Source: Catajapyx aquilonaris (taxonomy: Eukaryota). Taken from it: a stretch of 64,000 nucleotides of DNA. The DNA is taken from the NCBI GenBank assembly GCA_000934665.2, contig KZ538335.1, positions 1-64,000 of the forward strand. The letters run 5' to 3'. Of this stretch, positions 59,501-64,000 are shown piece after piece (the stretch's first letter is position 1; every line of letters begins with the position of its first letter). Below the pieces are notes generated by a model, which saw only the letters and a program-made list of their open reading frames with translations, was not told where the DNA came from and did not search any database. Both the position numbers and the translations under genes were made by a program.

Positions 59501-62043
59501 TTGAGTGAAAATGCGCTCAAAAAGATTTCGATCAGTTCATATTGAGGAAATTTCATGCGTACTTGATTGTCTGTGCATAACTTTCTTGCATGAAGCATTT
59601 TTTTTTTTTAATTCAGCCGTGTATGTGCACATATTTACTCTGCCCTTACGGAAAATACTCACAGCCTTGAGTAATATGGCTTCGAGATGCATACTAATTA
59701 AGGATTAATTTGAGAGAAAACGAATCTTGCACCGGTCACGCTATACGGACGTGAAAGAGATGTATCTCGCTACTTGCGCGCAAAATAATTCCACAAAACT
59801 GATTATTATATTTGCACTTTATTCTGCTTGGCTAAGACTGGCCAAGGAAATTAATTTGGAGGGGGGGGGGTTCTGAACGTGCTCGCTCAATTGTGCAAAT
59901 ATCACTCGGTTTTTGCACAAATTCCAAGTGCCAAAATCAGCACACCGTACTAATAGATAGTATCGACATTCGATTTCTTGAACTCGGTTTTTTGATGATA
60001 AAAACAGGCCGTGTAGCAGGTTCGCAAAAATATATATGACTGCTGACCATGAAGAAAATATTGCGCAAATTATTACATTGCAATTCCAGAAACAAAGTGT
60101 ACAGGTTCCGCAACAATACTCAAATATTGCACAAATATTTGTCATATTGTGCAAAGCTTGTTTCGAGAGGCAATTGAAATATATCAGAATTACACATTTT
60201 CAATATTGACATAATATAAGCATGCCAAAAATTTTTGCACTGCTTTGAAAATGTTACCCTGCTATCTGTAGCTTTCGAACAATTGGCGAACCAATTTTTT
60301 TTTGCAAAATCAGATACCAGTCGCCATGGCCAAAAACCCTCCCAAAATGCGGGCTCCCTCAGTAAGTGTGCAAAAAAAACCAAACACTATATGATTGGGC
60401 ATGCAGAAAAGAGCGTAGGATTAAGAAGAAGAGCACGTTGCGGCCATCCATCCATTCGGAAGGAAAAAGGAGGGGGGGTGTTCCACCGGATGAGCAAGGG
60501 ATAGATAGATAGCCAGATAGATACATTTGCATCACCGAGCTGCTTCAATTAGTAACCCCCGGAATGTAAGTTTCCCGTCTGCTCTTTTTTTTTTCTTCTT
60601 CCAAATTTTTTTTTGGGTGGAAGACCCTAAGGAGGGCCACCAGCCAACCATTCAGTTTTCATTCCTCTTTTTCAGACCCATATTTATTGTGGAGGTATGG
60701 TCGTGCACTTTTGAGGGGTTAGGTTGAGGGGGGGAGGGGGACAGGTGGTGGGTGGGCATCTAATCTATCCACCTGAGTGAAGATGAGGCAACCGACTGAG
60801 AGACTCCACTGACTTTTCGAGTCAAGATGATAATCTCGTTATCGGCACATGTTTATTCCCTTATGTAGTTGCACGAGGCTACTTTTTATCAAATCTAGCC
60901 TATTTCGTGTTTTTTTTTGAGGTAGGTGACTCAAAGGTAAACATTTCTTGGGACATTGCATGGAGCGGCGACGGTTTGGGAAATATCAGTAATGTACAGA
61001 GTAAAGAAATATGCACATTGTGTATATTACATCTGAACCAAAAAGGTAAATTATATGTGTATTTCTGGCAATCTTAGTGCAGAGGTGCTCGGTGCAGGTG
61101 TCACAGGTGACTCGATAGAAAAAAATGGCGTCTATTATACCAGATAAAATGAAGTGCAGGTCAATTTCCAGATATGCTAACACACTCCAAAGTACATAGC
61201 AACAGCTGACACCGAGTGCAATAATTATTATTTTTGCAAACAGTGCAATGTCAATATTTATAAAGTACAACACAGCATCAGAACCAATCCGTTTTTGATG
61301 CGTACCTCATACGATACTCATCAGATGCGATAATGTCAGATACCAAAAGTGACAGCGACGCACTTTAGCAACGTACATGGTATTATACTAATAAGTCCCG
61401 CCGGCATTAATCATTCGGACGTAATCCAAAGCTCGTCAGGGCCAGTTGTAAGATAGGCCGAAAAGATATCGGCACCTGCAAGTGAGGTAATTAGATCGCA
61501 ACGCGCAAATGCCGGTAACATTACAGTTGTGTTTTTTTTTTGTTGCCAATTTTCCTGAGTTTGATTGATCATTTTATGAGTCCGATATCGACCAGGAACC
61601 CATTTGTTTCGTTAATTACATGCCAATTTTTTTTAAAAAAACAATGCAATCCAGCATAGGTATGGTGTCGCCGGATGCACATTCGGCCCAATTGGGCCCG
61701 CCATACCAGCTGAGTCGATGAGACAACCGGTAGCAACCTGTCGCGATGATGACAACTCACCATGGAAAGGTGGTGCTGGAGAATCAAGTGCTTCGTCGTC
61801 CGAGGTTGGAGCGCTGGAATCGAGCGAAGCCATCGAGTTTGATGGAGAGGCCATCATCATCAGCACGCCCTGGGGCTGCCCCGGGGCAGTGTTGGTGGTG
61901 GTTGCGGATGGTAGGTTGACGACGGCTGTGTTGTTGGTGTTGGAGGAAGACGAGGCGGAAGTGTCTGGGGCAGCAGTCCTGGCCCTCTTCATGGCGCTAA
62001 CGCTGAAGTCCAGGGGCTGCTCCTCTTCTTCATACACGACCAT
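21842..62043 (-). CDS. nub: Class II POU-homeodomain transcription factor (nubbin/pdm, Oct1/2-like); long isoform ~716 aa
   Basis: Core exons 26527-26046, 25980-25849, 25586-25461, 23799-23328, 23270-22898, 22124-21842 are phase-consistent. They encode [75 protein letters not shown] (POU-specific domain) and [32 protein letters not shown]...[18 protein letters not shown] (POU homeodomain), plus polyQ/H/G/N tracts. The distal first coding exon 62043-61761 ([14 protein letters not shown]..., donor G|GTGAGT, phase 1) matches the phase-1 acceptor at 26527; this join is inferred. Confidence 0.92.
24019..24137. mobile_element. Small MITE in a nub intron
   Basis: TAGTCTGGTGACCCGGGGTAAGCTTGCCCCC ... 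GGGGGCAAGCTACCCGGGTCACCAGACTA terminal inverted repeats; termini read as TA TSD or TAG...CTA. Confidence 0.8.
25652..25815. repeat. 20-bp minisatellite (~8 copies) in a nub intron
   Basis: Unit TCG(G/T)GCGACCGGTGCTCAAA repeated nearly perfectly. It is preceded by the hairpin GGTCGCACAACCAG-CGT-CTGGTCGTGCGACC and by TAA-GACCTGTTTAC. Confidence 0.95.
35065..35145. repeat. Short inverted repeat/decayed MITE
   Basis: TGATATCAGACGATTTTT ... AAAAATCGTCTGATATCA. Confidence 0.7.
36506..36701. mobile_element. Tc1/mariner-type MITE with TA target duplication
   Basis: TA|CACCCACGAGCATAAAGTTGGAGACG ... CGTCTCCAACTTTATGCTCGTGGGTG|TA: perfect 26-bp TIRs. Confidence 0.88.
37126..37306. mobile_element. Palindromic MITE, family copy 1
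   Basis: CTGCCGTCCCAATGTAAAACACCCTAACTG...AAGGGTGAAAGTCGCATGCAT / ATGCATGCGACTTTCACCCTT...CAGTTAGGGTGTTTTACATTGGGACGGCAG. Confidence 0.85.
39461..39604. mobile_element. Palindromic MITE, family copy 2 (diverged)
   Basis: Shares the CCGTCCCAATG start and AAGGGTGAAAGTCGCATGCATGCCCT / AGGGCATGCATGCGACTTTCACCCTT arms with the 37126 element. Confidence 0.8.
40275..40607. other. Assembly gap (N run) flanked by poly-G and poly-C; a smaller gap lies at 36820-36837
   Basis: Runs of n in the sequence. Confidence 0.99.
40716..40820. repeat. ~25-28 bp tandem repeat, ~4 copies
   Basis: TTGGTATTGCACTGGATT(C/T)AACCAG variants in tandem. Confidence 0.85.
41479..41549. repeat. 11-12 bp tandem repeat, ~6 copies
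   Basis: GGATG(G)ACCA(G/A)C repeated. Confidence 0.85.
43455..43544 (-). promoter_or_regulatory. nub: Candidate internal promoter and short alternative first exon of nub (MMSPFLHLL-)
   Basis: Minus-strand TCAGT initiator at 43544-43540, GCCATC-ATG at 43482, and a consensus donor G|GTAAGT after 28 coding nt (phase 1, matching the 26527 acceptor). A CCAAT element lies ~30 bp upstream. Confidence 0.6.
49509..49595 (-). CDS. nub: Candidate 87-nt frame-preserving cassette exon of nub
   Basis: Strong acceptor CTCTTTTTCTCTACAG and donor G|GTGAGT; phase 1-1 and stop-free: [29 protein letters not shown]. Confidence 0.55.
51090..51297. mobile_element. Decayed inverted-repeat element
   Basis: GACGGTGTTATGTAATAATGAGTTAACC pairs with GGTTGACACATTATTGCATAACACCGTC, with outer ACGAATATTT/AAATATTCGT. 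Confidence 0.55.
59260..59524. repeat. ~130-140 bp direct tandem duplication built from GAGTGAAAAT/CACTCAAA subrepeats; related degenerate block at ~29810-30030
   Basis: AAAATCACTCAAATTGAG...AGGGTGACGCTCTTTCAAACGATTTCGTCAATT...ACTCCAATCGACAAGAAT-GAGTGAAAATG occurs twice in tandem. Confidence 0.85.
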
Positions 62044-63663
62044 GGGGGGAGTCTTGGGCGGGGTGATAGGAGGCGGGGGAGGGGGAGGGAGGTGGGGAGG
62101 GGGAAGGGGAGGGGGTGGTGGGAGCCCAGGGTTGCTGCTGCAGGGAAACAGGATGGGGCTCTTCTGCAGGGATGTTGCCGGTGGTGGTGGTACGGGCGAC
62201 CTCAGGTCAGTCAACGCCAGCGCCAGCACCAGCGCCAGGGCCAAAAACCCCCAGCCGCGGGACACCGGACTTGGAAAAAAGTTACTGGTCACTGATGTCC
62301 ACCCTCATGGCAGCAGCAGCAGCAGCAACTGGAGTGACTTGAACGCCCGGAGAGGGGGTGTCCACCTGTTGTTGGCACTCACACTGTTTTGGCACAATTC
62401 GCACTATATATTTTGGCACAGCACCGCTGGTGGACACGTGCAGTGTACGGTATGTTCTGGCTAATGTGCTGCGAGTGTGCGAGGTGAGGCTGGGCTGGAC
62501 TGAGGCCCAGAACGGACTGAAAGGCGGAGAGGCCGAGCGGCCATGCCGAGCCGCGGGGGAGAAGTTGGGGGAGGAGGGTGGGTGGGATGGAGGTGGGGAG
62601 GGATGGTAGGGGGGAGAGGGAAAGGGGGGGGGGGGGGNNNAGAGGGGAATTGATTACCCAGACCACTCCCGCTTGCACCTCGCCGGCCTCCAGGGGTATG
62701 AAGAGAGGAGGGGTGGATCAAGTGTGTGTATGTTACATCCACAGTAATCTACCTGTTCGCACCTGATGTATACGCTGGGACATGCCCGATACGGATGTTA
62801 CATCCCCGACTCCTGAGTCACATCCCGACTCCAGAGTCACAGTGTGACCAACAGGTTGAGGCAGGTCAGCAAACCGGTTCCATCCCTGACACTGGTGTCC
62901 AGACTCCCAAAAATAAACCGGTCCATATTCCAAAAGGGCGTGGTCCTTGTATAATATGTGGGTCATATTACACGTACTGTATGTACACATCAAACTGGGT
63001 CGCACAACAGGTATAAGTCGTGACCCACCAACCTGTCCCATTCACAGAAGGGATGGAATTTTTTGGAGGGGGACGTCCATCATTTTTTTTTTTTTGAATA
63101 TTATCTCTCCTCTTTTTTTTTGAATAATATGAGGTGCGGGCGCATGTTTTCTTGGTTGGGGAGAGGGAAAAGGATGGGCGTCGTTTTTGCAAGTTCCATG
63201 CGCCGTGGTAGAGCCAATGCGGGCGTCGCGGGCGTCGCACGCCCCACCCCTTTTTTTTAAACTTTAAAACGGACCCCATTGGACGCGGGCTCTTCCCAAT
63301 GAGATGCACGCAGAAAGGGAAAGAGAGAGAGGGGGAAAGAGAGGGAGAGAGAGGCGTCCTCCCCTCCCCTTTCTCCACTTCCCCCCCCCCCTCTCTCCCA
63401 GGGACGCCGTATTGATTTTAATCACGCCGTCTCCGACGTCCGAGGCGTCCCTCCGACCTCCGGTGCCTCTGGCGGGTTCCTACCGAACTTTCTTGGGCCA
63501 ATCAGGATGCACCGCTTTGCTATTCAGTTTCATATCGTACGAGAATGAAAATACTGTATTTTTAATGGTATTTACTGCATACAGTAAATGCCCTGGATAA
63601 TACATATATTTACAGGCACCAGCTGGAAGTTCGTCAACAGCTTCATTTGCGTACTGAAGCGTG

Positions 63664-63800
63664 TGAAATAAATGATAATTACTGCTGAGGGATACCAATT
63701 AACGGCCAACAATTGACATGTGTAGTGGTAGCCTACCAGTACACATGTCAATTGTTGGCCGTTAATTGGTATCCCTCAGCAGTAATTATCATTTATTTCA
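63664..63800. repeat. Near-perfect 137-bp palindrome (MITE-like hairpin)
   Basis: TGAAATAAATGATAATTACTGCTGAGGGATACCAATTAACGGCCAACAATTGACATGTGTA... is followed by its reverse complement, with one mismatch and a ~1-nt centre; outer TACTG...CAGTA. Confidence 0.92.
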
Positions 63801-64000
63801 GAAACCAGCAGTATATAGTTAACCCGTCGTAATGATTTCAGACTATAAAAATAATTATAGTAATAAATTAACAGCTTGCTTTTGATAATAGCATCTATCA
63901 CAATGTTCAGGAAAACAATGCTCAATTTTGCATCACAGTAGAAGGCTGTGTCTTCGCAATTGAGTCGGTAATTAAGCACATTTTGCATTACGATAAATTG

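Noticed and set aside
27000..61500. Numerous 60-190 aa ORFs in the large intron
   Set aside because: Low-complexity translations of homopolymer-rich non-coding DNA with no recognisable domains or splice-consistent structure.
61718..62464. 248-aa plus-strand Gly-rich ORF
   Set aside because: Antisense shadow of the Pro/Ser-rich nub first exon; starts and composition are unconvincing.

Overview
Eukaryotic genomic DNA, very likely arthropod (short ~50-70 nt GT-AG introns, senju-like and nubbin/pdm-like genes, TCAGT initiators). The left ~13 kb is gene-dense. It holds the 3' part of a senju-like SLC35A nucleotide-sugar transporter (+), a complete COX7A2L/COX7RP-like gene (-) and a divergently transcribed 13-exon CCDC170-like gene (+). 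CCDC170 intron 1 carries a minisatellite whose unit contains a near-consensus insect CTCF motif (9 same-orientation copies) and an RFX X-box. Its 4.5-kb intron 6 hides an antisense tandem cluster of small Cys-rich-N-terminus four-TM genes: three complete copies, plus an intact headless exon3+exon4 module that could act as an alternative 3' end. Positions 13.3-15.8 kb form a nested inverted-repeat/foldback knot with tRNA-like (A/B-box) modules. The remainder (~16-62.5 kb) is a class II POU-homeodomain gene (nubbin/pdm) on the - strand. It has a probable long 3' UTR, a ~35-kb first intron, a candidate internal promoter/short first exon, a frame-preserving cassette exon, many octamer sites, and several MITE-like hairpins. 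All calls come from manual reading and recalled family motifs; no database searches were run.
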